Below, piece after piece: positions 13,306-25,643 of a stretch of 64,000 nt of DNA. The stretch lies in contig JAAILG010000070.1 of NCBI GenBank assembly GCA_012026655.1, positions 62,001 to 126,000 on the forward strand. The letters are read 5' to 3'. The notes beneath the pieces are model-generated. The model was not told the origin of the DNA and searched no databases. It worked only from the letters and a program-made list of their open reading frames with translations. A program made the translations under genes and the position numbers. How positions within the stretch are numbered: position 1 is the first letter of the stretch; each line of letters begins with the position of its first letter. This DNA comes from Hydrolagus affinis. Its lineage: Eukaryota.

Positions 13306-14313
13306 TAATGGAATGTTAGAGTCAACCTAAGCCAAACAGGTCCACAGTATTCCAGTGCTGATCACAGACCAGCAAGCCTGGACCATCAGCAAGATTTGGA
13401 AGCAGCAATTCTTGCCATTCAGCTGCCGGTAACCAGTGGATAGGGTGGTCATATTTGGACAAGCAATGGAAGGCTTGCAGTGCTCTAAATGCCAAGCTTT
13501 GCAGCATTGGTTGATTAAACTCCAGTAGTACCCAAATGCAAACTCTGGGTCCCAAAGTCTTGACTCTTAGCAACCTGTACCTAATACCGTACTCCCCAAG
13601 ATTAGGTAATATTTCCTGTCTGTTATGGAAGTTTGAGCAACAAACAATGCAACAGAACAAAACATTTTTATAATACCTTTTTACATCCGAATAGATTAAA
13701 AATAATTATTATCGAGTATAGTGACTGTTTCTGATTCCCCTTTAACAGTGCAAGAAAACAAATTCATGTTAAGTTTAAGTTCTATACAGATCTTCAAAAT
13801 AAACACAGATACAAATTTATGAGTAATCCAAATGTCATTGCCTTCCTTGCTCAGCTTGAGCGGCAGGGCTTTGCTGGTGGCAAATTAAATCATTGCTGTC
13901 CGGATCTCTTTCATCCCCACGTCACCCCCATCGAAGACATTAGCCTAAATTTGCATGCAACCAAGTTGTCTTATTCTGCTTTTATTCGCAGCTCTGAAGC
14001 AGAGGCATTGAAACCAAGCATCATTCAATAATGTAGCTGGAACTACTTCATTCAGAAAATGCAGGGTTTAGAGGTTTTGGTAATTTCGTTGTTGTTTTCA
14101 TTCCAAGTGTGAAAAAAATCCCCAAAGTTTCAACAAAATGTCAAATTTGCTGCTGAGGGAATGGCTTTTAGGATCATAATTTGTTCAACATTAAATTCTG
14201 TGCCAAATTCCATCATTTTATTTGCAAACTGAAGGCACCATAAGTGCAGTGATATGAGTCTGCAAATTCTCACATATCGTTAGGCCCAGATCAAAAGTGA
14301 GTCATAGATTGAG

Positions 14314-14603
14314 AATAATGATAATCCCTGCATTTGATGAAGCGCTTTTCACGTCTTCTACACTTCTCAAAGCGCTTCACAGAATATTCTGTAAAGTGAA
14401 TTGACTATATTTTGTGGGTGAAATGCAGCAGCCAATTGTGCGCAGCAGTGTCCCACAGTTGTGGATTGAAATGACCAATTTTTTTTGAGGGATTATTATC
14501 AGGCATGTGGAGTAAGGAAACTTGCTCAAGGTTTCTCCCTGCCTGGACTCGAACCCAGGTCTCTCGCTTGCAAGGCGGGTGCACTAACCATTGAGCAATA
14601 GGA
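14314..14603 (-). mobile_element. Young SINE, near full length
   Basis: Reverse complement of head, body and tail. Confidence 0.92.
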
Positions 14604-14869
14604 AACCAAAAAAACCAGAAGAATTGGAACTGGACTTTGTTCAAGTGAAACATTTGCTGGTGTATTAGGCCTGGTTTGAAGCTCTCAATAATTTCCGTAC
14701 TATACTAATCACATTCCATTCACAGTAATAAGAGCCACACCCATAGCCATGGGTTTAATATGAGCCACACACACACACCCATAATTTGATTCTCTACCAA
14801 ATTAACTGAATTACTCAGACTCTGCAGTTCAATGTCCTTTCCTGCATTGAGCTCTGTAAAGCCATCACC

Positions 14870-15120
14870 CGCATTCTTGCCAGGTTTCACTGGCTCCTCA
14901 TCCCCTAGGATCAAGTTTAAGATTTCCGTCCTTACTTTTAAAGCCCACCAGTCTTGCTCCTTCATTGGTCTCCGACTTACTAAAACATTACCAGTGCCCT
15001 CCCCTCAGCGGCCCAAGTCACCCAATCCATCTCCTGTGCTCCCTCCATTGCCACTATCAAGGCCTGTCTCAAGACCTCGCTCTTTGACCTTTGGTATTCC
15101 CCCACATCCACCCTTTTAAC
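14870..15120 (+). mobile_element. L2-type fragment
   Basis: CACTGGCTCC..RIKFKISVLTFKAH motif. Confidence 0.65.
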
Positions 15121-15514
15121 ATTTATTGATCTTTGATAAACTTTGCACGAGACTTGTTGACACGCGACCCTGGGTTCCTGTCAAACCTATCCACTATTTT
15201 CAGATTCACAGGAACAATACAAAGACCCCCAGAACCCGAGTTTAGGAAAGCTCGGTGATGCGGTCATTGTATGGGAGAAATATTGATATTATGGCCCTTG
15301 ACGAAAAGTTAATGAGTAACGCTGGTTGGAAAATAACCAGGGAATTCCATAGCTCATAAAGAAATCAGACAGTAAAACTGGCTGGCGAGATTATTGGAGA
15401 CATATGATTCACTTTACCACACCCTTCAGAATACCCATCCTGCCACTGTACCATTACAGGATAATAAACGCAACCACAGGTTCCTCCTTTACCTGCTCCA
15501 ATACCGATGTTCTA

Positions 15515-15640
15515 CAGTTAAACCTCGATAATTCAACATTCCGAAAGCCGGCAACTCCCTAAAAGCGGCAAGATTTCAAAATACAAACAGTATTTGATAT
15601 CTTGGACAAATCTCCCGAAATTTGGAACAGCTGCTTGTAG
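15515..15640. mobile_element. Truncated Tigger-like end
   Basis: TA|CAGTTAAACCTCGATAATTC terminal motif; no partner TIR seen. Confidence 0.5.
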
Positions 15641-16821
15641 TTCCCAGCATGTCCCCTTCTGTCACTCGGCGCTGTGGTTGGAGCTCGGTCATTGTTTGGC
15701 TTCAGTCTGTGGTTACACCACATGTGGTGTATGTGGCGGGGCTTCCCCAACCATTTCTAGGGTAGGTTTCTAAATACTGGCAAACTCTGGAACACTCTCT
15801 CTCAAATCCTCCACTTGATCCCTCTCTCCAAGTCCCGCCTGAAAACTTTCTTCTTCCTCTTCAGCTGTGCTTACAGCCACAACCACCCTCCGGCTCGGAG
15901 TTAGGCTCCGCCATTGTTAAGCACCCTGAGATGGCGCCCACCTGGCACGGTGGGCGCTATATAAGTTCAAGTTATTGTTGTGTTTCTAAAGTGAATCCAG
16001 CATCCTGACCTCAATCACCGTTCAGAATATCTTGTTCCTGCTTTTACTTATCCATTGTATAAATAAATATTTCCTAGTGACTACCCTAAGCATGGCCTTC
16101 ATACTTCTGAACCAGTGACCTCTCTACCCAATGCCTTGGCCTATCCATAAGCATTGTTCAATGTTTATCTTCTCCATTCCATTTATCATTTTATGTACCT
16201 CTATATTCCATTTATCAGCTTAGTAGATCGCTATTTGTGTGTGTCTGGATATGTCTCAGTCCCACCCTCGGATGCCGATCTCCTGCTTTTGCAGAAGCAG
16301 AACCCGAGTTTGTTGTGTCAGAGGCAGAGTCTCAGAACATTGGTCTGACACACAGCTGAGTGAACCTACAGGAACCACTCTTTACAAATGCAAATTAGAC
16401 CCAAGTGTGAATATAAGAATATGAACAACTAAACAAGAAAACAGGAACAGCAGGAAATCAGTCAGTTGGTTGTACCAGTTTCAGTTTACCAGTAGATTTT
16501 CTGAACCCTGGATTTTGTAGCACACTCAGATCCTAAAGCTTCCATTATTCTTCATCCTAACCGTAATCAGGCACTACAAAAGCCACGCTGCTTCTCTGCT
16601 TCTGACGCTATCAATTCAGTCTACGACTCCTTCAAAACGGGACTGCTTATGTTGAATCCTACCGATGGGTTTCACGCCTTCCCAAAGGAATTCCACTGTG
16701 AGTCTGGAAACAAATCAAATCAGGCTTCCCGTGACCTACATCCTGTTATTGGAAGGAATCAGAATTTACAAATCCCGCGTTTAGAACAAGATTCACTCAC
16801 ATATCAACGATGAGTGCTTAC

Positions 16822-18348
16822 CTCCTGACAGAACTTGACTATGTTCTCCCACAACTCTTTGGCTTCCCCCTCATCTGTTTTCCTCCTGGCTTCCACCAGG
16901 ATGCTCTCCCGTCTCTTGAGCGGCTTGGAGCCTTTCCTCAGGGTGAAGTACTGCTGTGGTGTATGGCAGGCGGCACAATGGTTGGCCTTCAAATCATTCA
17001 GCAGGGTGCAGGCCGGGCAGGACCACTCATTGGCCTTCTCTTGAGAGCACGAGGGCTGGACGGGGAAGAGCTTGATGGCTTTGCGTGGACCCGAGGACCT
17101 GCCTCCACACGCAGGGCATGCAGTCCCGTTGGGACCCTTTTCCACATTACAGTCGGGGCACCTGGCCCCTCGTTCTGTTAGACTGTACTCCTGAAAACCG
17201 TGCAGTTTGGAGCAGCCACAAGCACTGCATTTCTGGAGGCCAGTTGGGTTCTTCAGTGTACACTTGGAGCAGGACCATATGGTGAAGTCCGGGCTGGAGG
17301 GGCTGAAAGGGGTGAACCTGACTGTCTCTCCACTCACGTCAATGATGTCACTACCCCGCAATGTCTTGCATGCTTCACATTTCGAAGCTGAGGCAGAGTT
17401 CAGGAATGAGCAAGAGGTGCATTTCCACTGACTGGGGGCCATCTCCATTTCCTCATCTAAAACACTGAGTCTCTTGGTACAAAAGAGTTCCTGGAGTTTG
17501 GTGGCAGGTTTTGCAGGTCCAAGGGGGGAGCTTCTTGGGGCTGGAATCGGGGCGGAGGTGGGGGAGGTAGACGTACTGACTGAGCTAACAGTTGCGGTTG
17601 GTGTGTCGGGAGCAGGTGCCTGGAACTTGCCTGGTGGCACCTCCCTGCGGCTCCGTGGCACAGGGTTATTCTGGATCATCGGGGAAAGAGGGCTGACTAT
17701 GGGAGACTTGGGGCTGTCTACTTCCTTTGGGGTTTCCTGGCTTGATGGCGGCTCGCTCTCGGTCAGGTCGATCAGGTTCCCGACCTGGGGGTTTGCTGGC
17801 AATGGGCCTGAGGGCAGTTGGAATCCAGCTGGGGTCACGACCTCAGGAACCACAAGGGCTTCGGGAGGGATCTTGGGCAGTGAGAGCTTGCGAGGGCCCC
17901 CGCAGGCCGAGCAGGAGTTAGCGGATGGGGTGTTGTGAAGCGTGCAGCGCTGGCATGCCCACGCTTTGCAGGTGCCTGGTAACCCATTTTCACAGCAGTT
18001 ACCATTAACATCTCCACTCGCCGGCCTCCTGCAATCCTGCACCACGGCGGGGCTTCGCAGCTCTGCTGGTGCCCCTGGACTCTTGGCATTGCCATTGGCA
18101 GCAGTGGGCACTGGGGGCGTGACTGGGGTGGGCGCCTGAGAGAAGCCACACACGTCGCACTGACTCTTGGCAGGCGAGTTCCTGTAGGTGCATCGTGGGC
18201 AGCCCCACAGCTGCTCCTCCACGCTGAGTCGCAGGATCTGGTTAAAGTCCGGCCTCTCCCTCGGGGCCTCGCAGATGGAGCACTGGCGCAGTGCGGCCGG
18301 GTTCAGGAACGTGCAGCGGGAGCATGGCCACTCACTGGTCGCTGCCAT
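16822..18348 (-). CDS. CAPN15: Calpain-15 (SOLH) first coding exon, N-terminal zinc-finger region (509 codons, phase-0 donor)
   Basis: Translation MAATSEWPCSRCTFLNP...LSLPKIPPEALVVPEV...QNNPVPRSRREVPP...SPSSPDFT...RRES...TDEGEAKELWENIVKFCQE matches my recollection of vertebrate CAPN15. It has six W-x-C-x2-C-x3-N-x6-C-x2-C fingers and ends at GAG|GTAAGC (GT at 16821-16820). Confidence 0.96.
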
Positions 18349-18385
18349 ACCACAGGGTAACTGGGAGGTGCTGGAACAAAATAAT
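18349..18385 (-). other. CAPN15: Splice acceptor and 22-nt 5'-UTR portion of the CAPN15 coding exon
   Basis: Minus strand reads TTATTTTGTTCCAG|CACCTCCCAGTTACCCTGTGGT-ATG (AG at 18372-18371). A second possible AG lies at 18362-18361. Confidence 0.7.
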
Positions 18386-18964
18386 TGCATGGATCATCCA
18401 TCTGACCATCCCCACCAAGCAGCGTTCACACTAATATGCACTGTGTGTGGCTCTCATGCAAGCGCACTGATGTTCTCGGTCTAAGACATTCTCGCGTATA
18501 CTCCGTTTTATGCTGTACATACGATTCTCATGGACAGACCATGATTTGTACTGCACACAGCTGTGTTATGTACACACTCTGCTCTTGGCACTGCACCATA
18601 TGCCCATTCTCTTAAACTACGAGTTAGAATAGTGCTATTGGGCTCTATGAGATGGAGGGTTGGACAGGAGGGGAGTCCAGACACTGAAAACCAAAAAAAT
18701 CACAAATGTGGTTCAGCAATAGCGTCATCACTTTTGCAATGGTTACGTCCACAGCTCTGAATACCATGTAATAACAGGCTGCATACCCAACAGTGGGGGA
18801 TGAGAGGGGTGAGGGCTACTTTAACAGAACATCTAGCAGGGAACTCGAAGAAAATCCTGTTTAGCCACTTCTCGCTAAATCGTAAACAGCGCGCATGTCT
18901 GCGTGCAAAGAGAATTCTGAATGTTGTATTATTGTGAGGACATTTTGCCATTAGATGGGTACAG

Positions 18965-19290
18965 CAAAGGGCAACTAGATTGATAGCTAGAAATGGGCAC
19001 TTGAATTATGAGGAGGCTGTGGAAGCTGGAAATGTTCAGAATGAAAAAATGGGGGGAAAATCTGATTCAGGTATTCTAGATTCTAAAGGTTGTGGTGAAA
19101 CTGAACTGTAACAGGTTTAAAAGAGCCACAAGTTCAGGTTCACCAGTGGGAAAGTAAACTTGAGTGTTCACATTTCATAATTTTACTAGAGATGAGTAAA
19201 TAAGAGGAATAGGCTAGCCAGGAAGGAGATGGAGGCAGATTTCAACAGGAAACTCAAGAAATAGCTACTTGATGAAGAAATTAATTTGAG
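18965..19290 (+). mobile_element. Old CR1 remnant
   Basis: TTGAATTATGAGGA..GCTG..GAAGCTGGAAATGTTC...CTGATTCAGGTATTC, resembling LSYEERL..LGLF..DLI.VF. Confidence 0.55.
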
Positions 19291-19321
19291 GGGCGAGTGA
19301 GAGAGACTGTGTAAAGCTGTA

Positions 19322-19412
19322 CCGTTGCCCACAAATTATACAATCAATTCACTTTACAGTATATTCTGTGAAGTGTTTTGGCACGTCTTGAAGACATGAT
19401 GTGTGCGCAATA
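19322..19412 (+). mobile_element. Young SINE tail fragment
   Basis: CCCACAAATTATACAATCAATTCACTTTACAGTATATTCTGTGAAG...ATCAAATGCAAGG. Confidence 0.8.
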
Positions 19413-20788
19413 TCAAATGCAAGGTTTATTATTCACACACACTTATATATCCTCACACTGTAATTCATTCTTGACTTGCAATTCAGTGGCAATCCTTAAT
19501 CAGGGCAACTTGTATTGAACTAGGACTTTACACTAAATTCAGACACTAGATTTGGCTTCAACATCCTGATTCCTGGCTTTTTCCTTTTCTTAAAAAATCC
19601 TAGCAATGCACATCATGAGAAAGCAATATTGTGAAAAAGCAAATATGGATTCCAAAATTTTAAAACAATCCTACAAACAAAATCCTGCCTCTCCCTCTTT
19701 CTGTCAGAAGGTTGTCTAGGATAACACTCTAGGGGTGTCACATCATCAACCAATGACTGACTAAACGCAGCCACCTCCATATAACCTCTCACTCAATAAA
19801 ATTAGCATGATGGCACATACTCAGAACAGCATTTCTACAGCAGCTTTTGCATCAAAATGGCTCAAAAGTGTTTTACCGTGACTACTATCATCTGAAGTAA
19901 CCAATCTTTTTGTAGATGTAGGAAAAACAAAGTCTACAAATAGCCATGAGTTGAATGAACAATTTTAAGGATTACTGACAAGGATAGCAAAAAAAAACTC
20001 ACTTTCCTTTTCTAGCAGTTTCATGGAGTTTGACTGGGTTACCAGGGAAGATTGAGTTAAGGCTTCCACTCCTAATTCCTGCCTAGAAGCCTACATGGAG
20101 ACTGCATAGACTGTCACAGAACACAAACAGCTATTTGACTCATCGAACCTGTATTGGTGATTTTCTTAACACGTCATCTAATGTACACCTTTTAACATTG
20201 CTCTCTTTGATATTTTGATCTATCTGTACAATTTTGGCTGCTATAATTTCATTTTCTCTCTCCTTCTGAGTGTTGTTTCTGATGCCTTGATAGTAAATAA
20301 AAATATATTTTTAAAAAATCATGAAAATATTAAAAAATACATTACACTGAAACAGTCTAAAAATCTCTCTATCTGAGGCACTGTCAGACAGAGAGACAGA
20401 CTGACAGAGAGACAGACCACTGAGCAATGAAGCAGGACCACAAGCAGACACTCCAACTTTGATCTAAAGTGGTGTGTGGGGAGGGGTGAGAGAAGAAGGG
20501 GGGAAAACAATGAGGTTTCATTCTTACCTGGTTACTGCCTAATCGTCTACAACAGAAGAGCATTCAAGTCAGTCCCTGCACACACAGAACTGTTCCAATC
20601 CACAGGCCAGGGAGAAACCAGGAACAATTTAAACATTAGAACAAGATCATTGGTTGAGTACTCTGCCGGGTTAACCCCTGAACGCCTGGAATAAGGATTT
20701 GTGGGTTTAACTCCTTAGTTCCCAGAATGGGGAGATACTCCCCGGTGTAATCCACTCGATTCTGGAGCAAGTGCTTTCTACTGCATTA

Positions 20789-21133
20789 GCTCCCTGTGGC
20801 TCAGTGGTTAGAGCACTTGTCTTGCAAGCTGGGGAGACCAAGCTGGAGAGACCTGTGTTCGAATCCAGGCAGGTCAGGGCGAAACCTTGGGCAAGTTTCC
20901 TTACTCCACACGCCTAATAATAATCCGAACAAAAAAAAACCACAATAATAAAATTGGTCATTTCAATCCACGACTGTTTGTGGGACACTGCTGTGCGCAA
21001 TTGGCTGCCGCGATTCACCCACAAATATACAGTCAATTCACTTTACAGTATATTCTGTGAAGCGCTTTGGGACGTCGATAAGATGTGAAAAGTGCTATAT
21101 CAAATGCAAGGATTATTATTATTATTATTATTA
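20789..21133 (+). mobile_element. Young SINE, full length, subfamily with head duplication
   Basis: GCTCAGTGGTTAGAGCAC head, CAAGCTGG(G/A)GAGAC present twice, long (ATT)n tail. Confidence 0.93.
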
Positions 21134-22858
21134 ACTTCCCAACAACCTGAACAGGGTCCTCTCTTGGATTAACCCTTTCACTCTAGATTACATTCCCCGA
21201 GTCAATCCTCCTTGACTCTCAAACGATTAGCCACTTGGCCCGGGCATCCAGCTATTTCATAATATATTCCAAACACGTTCCACGCTTCCAGGTAATCCTA
21301 CTGTTCAATCCCCTCTGTATGAAGAAATATTTCTTATTGTCTGCTCTAAATTTGTCCTTTACATGCCTTAACATGTTCCTCTTGCTATGCTGCCTTGGTG
21401 TATCTAAAAGCTTTGTTCTGGGTTTGCTTTCTCAATCCCATTTAGTATCTTGCATGCCTCTATAAGCATGTGGAAAAGTTTCGAACACTTTGCAAGCACC
21501 AATGGCTATTCACATACAGAGGGAATGAAGAGGGAGCTTTACTTTGTCAAACCACGGTATACCTGGGAGTGCTGTATGGGACAATCTCTAGGTACATTAC
21601 TCTGTTACACCTTATTCATTCAACACTACAATATTGAGAAGTGCTGGATGTGGCACTAAATTCCCAATATTGTAAAGTACTGTACTGGATTGGCACAATT
21701 TTTTAAAAAATCTTGAGCTAGGAAACATAGCCAGGAAAAGAATGAAGGAAGCTCTAATAACTCCATTTAATTTTTTTATTCCACGTCTAGACCAACCGGA
21801 CGAAGTAAGACAATGCATCATTTCAATTCCATTTCACAGCACTGAATTAATCCACAGAAGGAATGCAGTCATGGTCAGCGGCCTTTGGAATTAGAGACAC
21901 AGAAGTGATATTCTAATATTCATTCAACACCGAGCTCAAACATCAATATGTAAAAACGGCCAGAGCATTCCACATCATTCTGGTCTGTCAAGGTCTACAT
22001 GTGCTACAATAGATCAGCACTAATATACTTGTAAAGTAAATATGTGCAACGGATCAAACTGCCCACAAATCATCCCAGCCCAGCAAAGGATCTCACTAGC
22101 ATTCAATATCCAAATGAATTTTCATCTCATTAGCTAGGAGCCACTAATAGGTACGAAATACTGTACTACTAAATCACACTCTTATTCCTGCTGTTGAGTC
22201 AAGAAGCAATTCAAGTAAGAAAAAATAATGCTGTCTCTATAAATACGACAATCCCAAATGCTGAACTCTGTGTGTCTCTTCTCCCACAAATTAGCACAAA
22301 GCCAAAGATCAAACAAAAGACACATGCTGAGAGTGTGCACCATGAGTTCACACAAATGACACCAGAGTAAAAAGTTATGATTCAGCTTAAGATGCATTTT
22401 ACAGAGATTTTCAAAATTTAACTTTTGTTTGGTCAGCCAAAGTCTGACATGTGGAAATTCATCACTAAGCTAATGAGTTTATGAACCAGACCAAAGTGCC
22501 ACAATATGTATGCCACCTACATGCAGAAATGTCCCCATCTCTGAACGAAATGGTCACTCTCCCCCTGATATTGCTTACTTCATTCCAGAGAGTATTCAGC
22601 AATGGTTGGGGTCCAAAGCCTTGGCTCCTACCAGAGTGCGCGTTGGGGTACTACTAGACTTAAACCAGCTGAAACCACATGACCTGCCATTGAGAGCACC
22701 GTCTGGCAAACTTTCTACTACTCGTGCTGCAAGGACTACCCTACACAATAGGACTTGCAGGATTAGAGGGAACTGTGTGGGAAGAATTCCTGCTCCCAGT
22801 GATTGAAGCCCTGCCAATGAGCCCAGCTGGCTGGTCTGTCATCAGCAGTGTCCTAGAG

Positions 22859-22917
22859 CAGGGATGGCCAACTTGCAACCCATATGCCGCATTACACTTG
22901 AAAGTTAGCCATCCCTG
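22859..22917. mobile_element. 59-bp hAT/Charlie-like mini-MITE
   Basis: TIRs CAGGGATGGCCAACTT and AAGTTAGCCATCCCTG, flanked by a perfect 8-bp duplication TCCTAGAG. Confidence 0.88.
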
Positions 22918-23139
22918 TCCTAGAGTATTATGAACCTACCTTGCCCAGCACAACCAAGACTGCCACAACCAAGACTGAATCAGACACTCCACTGCCAAAT
23001 ATTGAAGCCAACTTAGCCCAGTTTACCCTAAGGAGAAGAAATCAGACTGTGAAACATTATTTCCGCTGCTAACTGAATCAAATTAGCTGCTGCATTTGCC
23101 TTCAAAACAGTGAATCCAATTTACAGTACATCATCAGGA

Positions 23140-23685
23140 TGTCCTCAGGATCCCAAAACTGGGGACAATAGTTTTAAAATTAGAACCAGGCCATAAGAGT
23201 GAAATCAGGAAGCATTTTTTCCACTCAAAGGGTGGTAGAAATCTGGAATTCTCACTCCCAAAAGGTCGTGGATGCTGGATCCATCCACACCTTCAAGGGT
23301 AAATGAGGTTGATAAATTTTTGGTAGGTCAAGGTGTTAAGGGATATGAGGAGAAAGTAGGAAATTGGAATTGAAAGTACAGTAAAAGCCTGTTTATCTGG
23401 CACCCAATCAATTGTAACTTCCGTATAACCGGCATTGCAAAAAAAAGGTCCGCATTCAATTAACTGAAATTTATCTGGAAAAATGCATTAAAATAATTTT
23501 TTAATTTTTGCTTTTTCAGCCGAATATCCGACACGTGCTTTAACTGGCATTTTACCAGGTCCCGAGGGTGCCGGATAAATAGGCTTTTACTGTATTAGTT
23601 TAGGTACAGGTCAGCCATGATCTATTTAAATGGCAGAACAGACTCGAAGGACAGAATGGTCTATTCCTGTTCCTATGTTCCCATG
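23140..23685 (+). mobile_element. CR1 3' fragment interrupted by a MITE
   Basis: Colinear with the 7885-8385 copy once 23379-23592 is removed. Confidence 0.85.
23379..23592. mobile_element. Tigger-like MITE family B (214 bp)
   Basis: TA|CAGTAAAAGCCTGTTTATCTGGCACCC ... GGGTGCCGGATAAATAGGCTTTTACTG|TA. Confidence 0.92.
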
Positions 23686-25643
23686 AAAAGCTCTATACTT
23701 AATGTAATGGTTATTATTATTAGAAAATTGAAACCTTTTGCACAAACCACCATTGAAGTAAAGACTAACAATTAAAACTAAAATGCCGCAATGAAGATCA
23801 GGGAATTGTGATTAGAGTAGGTCAACAAAAGAGAATAGTTTCAATGGGTCAAATGGTTTATTTCTGTGCTATAATTTTTATAATTCTGTTGTATAATATT
23901 CGTGGGCATTTTCGGAGTCACAGGGAACATATTTTTGCTCCTGGACAAATGGGAATTAACAAATGACCCGAAGCAGTGGAGCCTGGCTGTGGTCACTGGT
24001 CCATCACCACTGAGTCTGATCAGCCTTTGGTATTTACGAGACGTCATACAAAGCTCCAATTAACCAATTGTCGAGTCATTTCGTTTTGATTGCGGCAGCA
24101 GATTCTGAAACGAGTGCATTGTGCCAGCTTTTATTTTGCCCAGGGGCAGACAATGAGCAGAGAGAATGGAGCCGGGGACTAGAAAAGCCAGGCTGTAAAT
24201 GCACACAAAGAGTGTCTGCCTAAAGTCCTGGGAAATTAAAAGGGAGCCAATGAACAGTATCAGTTACTAGCACTTTGAAATAAGCCATTTGTGTGCACTA
24301 CTGCAAGATGTAGCGCTTCACCACAACATGCAATGTGACAGAACTGATGGGAGATTCATATGCATCCTATATGACACACTAGCATGTTTTAGCTGGCCTG
24401 AAAACCAGCTGCATTTTGAAAGGCTTATGATGAGTTAGCCGATTTCAACTGGTTTACTGTTGACAGTTCAGCTCCGTACTCCTCAGCTCCCTATCATCTG
24501 AGCCCGACTGCTACAAATGTTGAGGCCTGAAACTTTTCATGCTCTTACCCATAACAACATTACTTCACAATTTATCGTGCAACATTTATCGTGTCAGTCT
24601 TGCTCAGTTGGCGGTACAGTACTCTATTTGAAATAGCAATAGTGTCTGATGCGAAGCGATTCCTCCAACTCAATCACAAGATAGACAAGACACTAATTAA
24701 TAACTAATAATAACATTGAGTTACCTCCCTTCTCTTTATGTTGCTTTCAAACACAAGATAAATGGTGTAGTGTGTAATATGCTTCAGAGACAAGGTTTGC
24801 TTGCATCTTCAAGCCAACAAACGAAGCCTGCAGACTCCCATTAGTGGAGTGGATGGTCAATGCAGCGAGGAGCAGCAGGAAGTTGTGTATCAGAGACAGC
24901 ACAACCATCTCTCTGTGTGCAACAACAATGTTAAGCGTGGCACATCAGTATCAATAAACAACAAGGAGTTGATGCTGTCCGCAGACGGACCAATCCAGCA
25001 ACTGGGGCTGGAAGAGCAAAGGTTGGAACAACAAGAAACAATCCCAACTGTCTTCCTACAACATGCTGTTGACCCATTCTGGCTCAATTCTCAGCTGTTT
25101 AGGACATCTTAGTATTCTGAACACAGTCAGTCAAGGGTGGACACAACCCCTCCCACTCCCTGCCCAGTGAACGTCTTGCTGATCAGTTATTCTTTATCAG
25201 GATGGGATGGCTTGAAGGAGAAATCTGAGTGACCAAGTTCACGAGAGGTTCAGATGATGATCCATTTGGTCTCATTAATCCTCTTAACACAGTAACAGCA
25301 TCAAGCTGGTTCTTAAAAGAGTCCTGGTCATGACCAACCTTCCTGGCAACCCACTGATTACCCGTTGATTACCTTCTGTGGGAAGAAATATATCCTGATG
25401 TCTGATTTAAAATTATTCTTTACAACCCTAAACCCATACCTTCTAGCCGGGTTCTCTGAAAAAAAAGCGTGAAAAACATTGTTAAAGGAGATCGGTTTAT
25501 TTCTCAATCCACTTTAACCTTTTATATATTTCCTACAAGGTAGTAAACCACATTGCTCCTAGACATTACTCGTGTGAAGGGGACTACATAAATGCAAGTC
25601 GTTGTTCCCTCTGAAAAGTCTGAGGCCGAAAGTTTATAATATA

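Noticed and set aside
1-16800. Downstream CAPN15 protease exons (expected FVDDSFPP...QGLLGNCW)
   Set aside because: Not found in the ORF track or by eye; probably beyond the window start. A short exon could have been missed.
16804-18390. 528-aa ORF as a complete single-exon protein
   Set aside because: The first 14 residues overlap the splice acceptor and UTR, and the last five (VSTHR) are intron read-through past a consensus GTAAGC donor; the protease domain is missing.
16810-18484. Plus-strand ORFs overlapping the CAPN15 exon (e.g. 17474-17938, 154 aa)
   Set aside because: Antisense shadows of GC-rich coding sequence with no independent signal.
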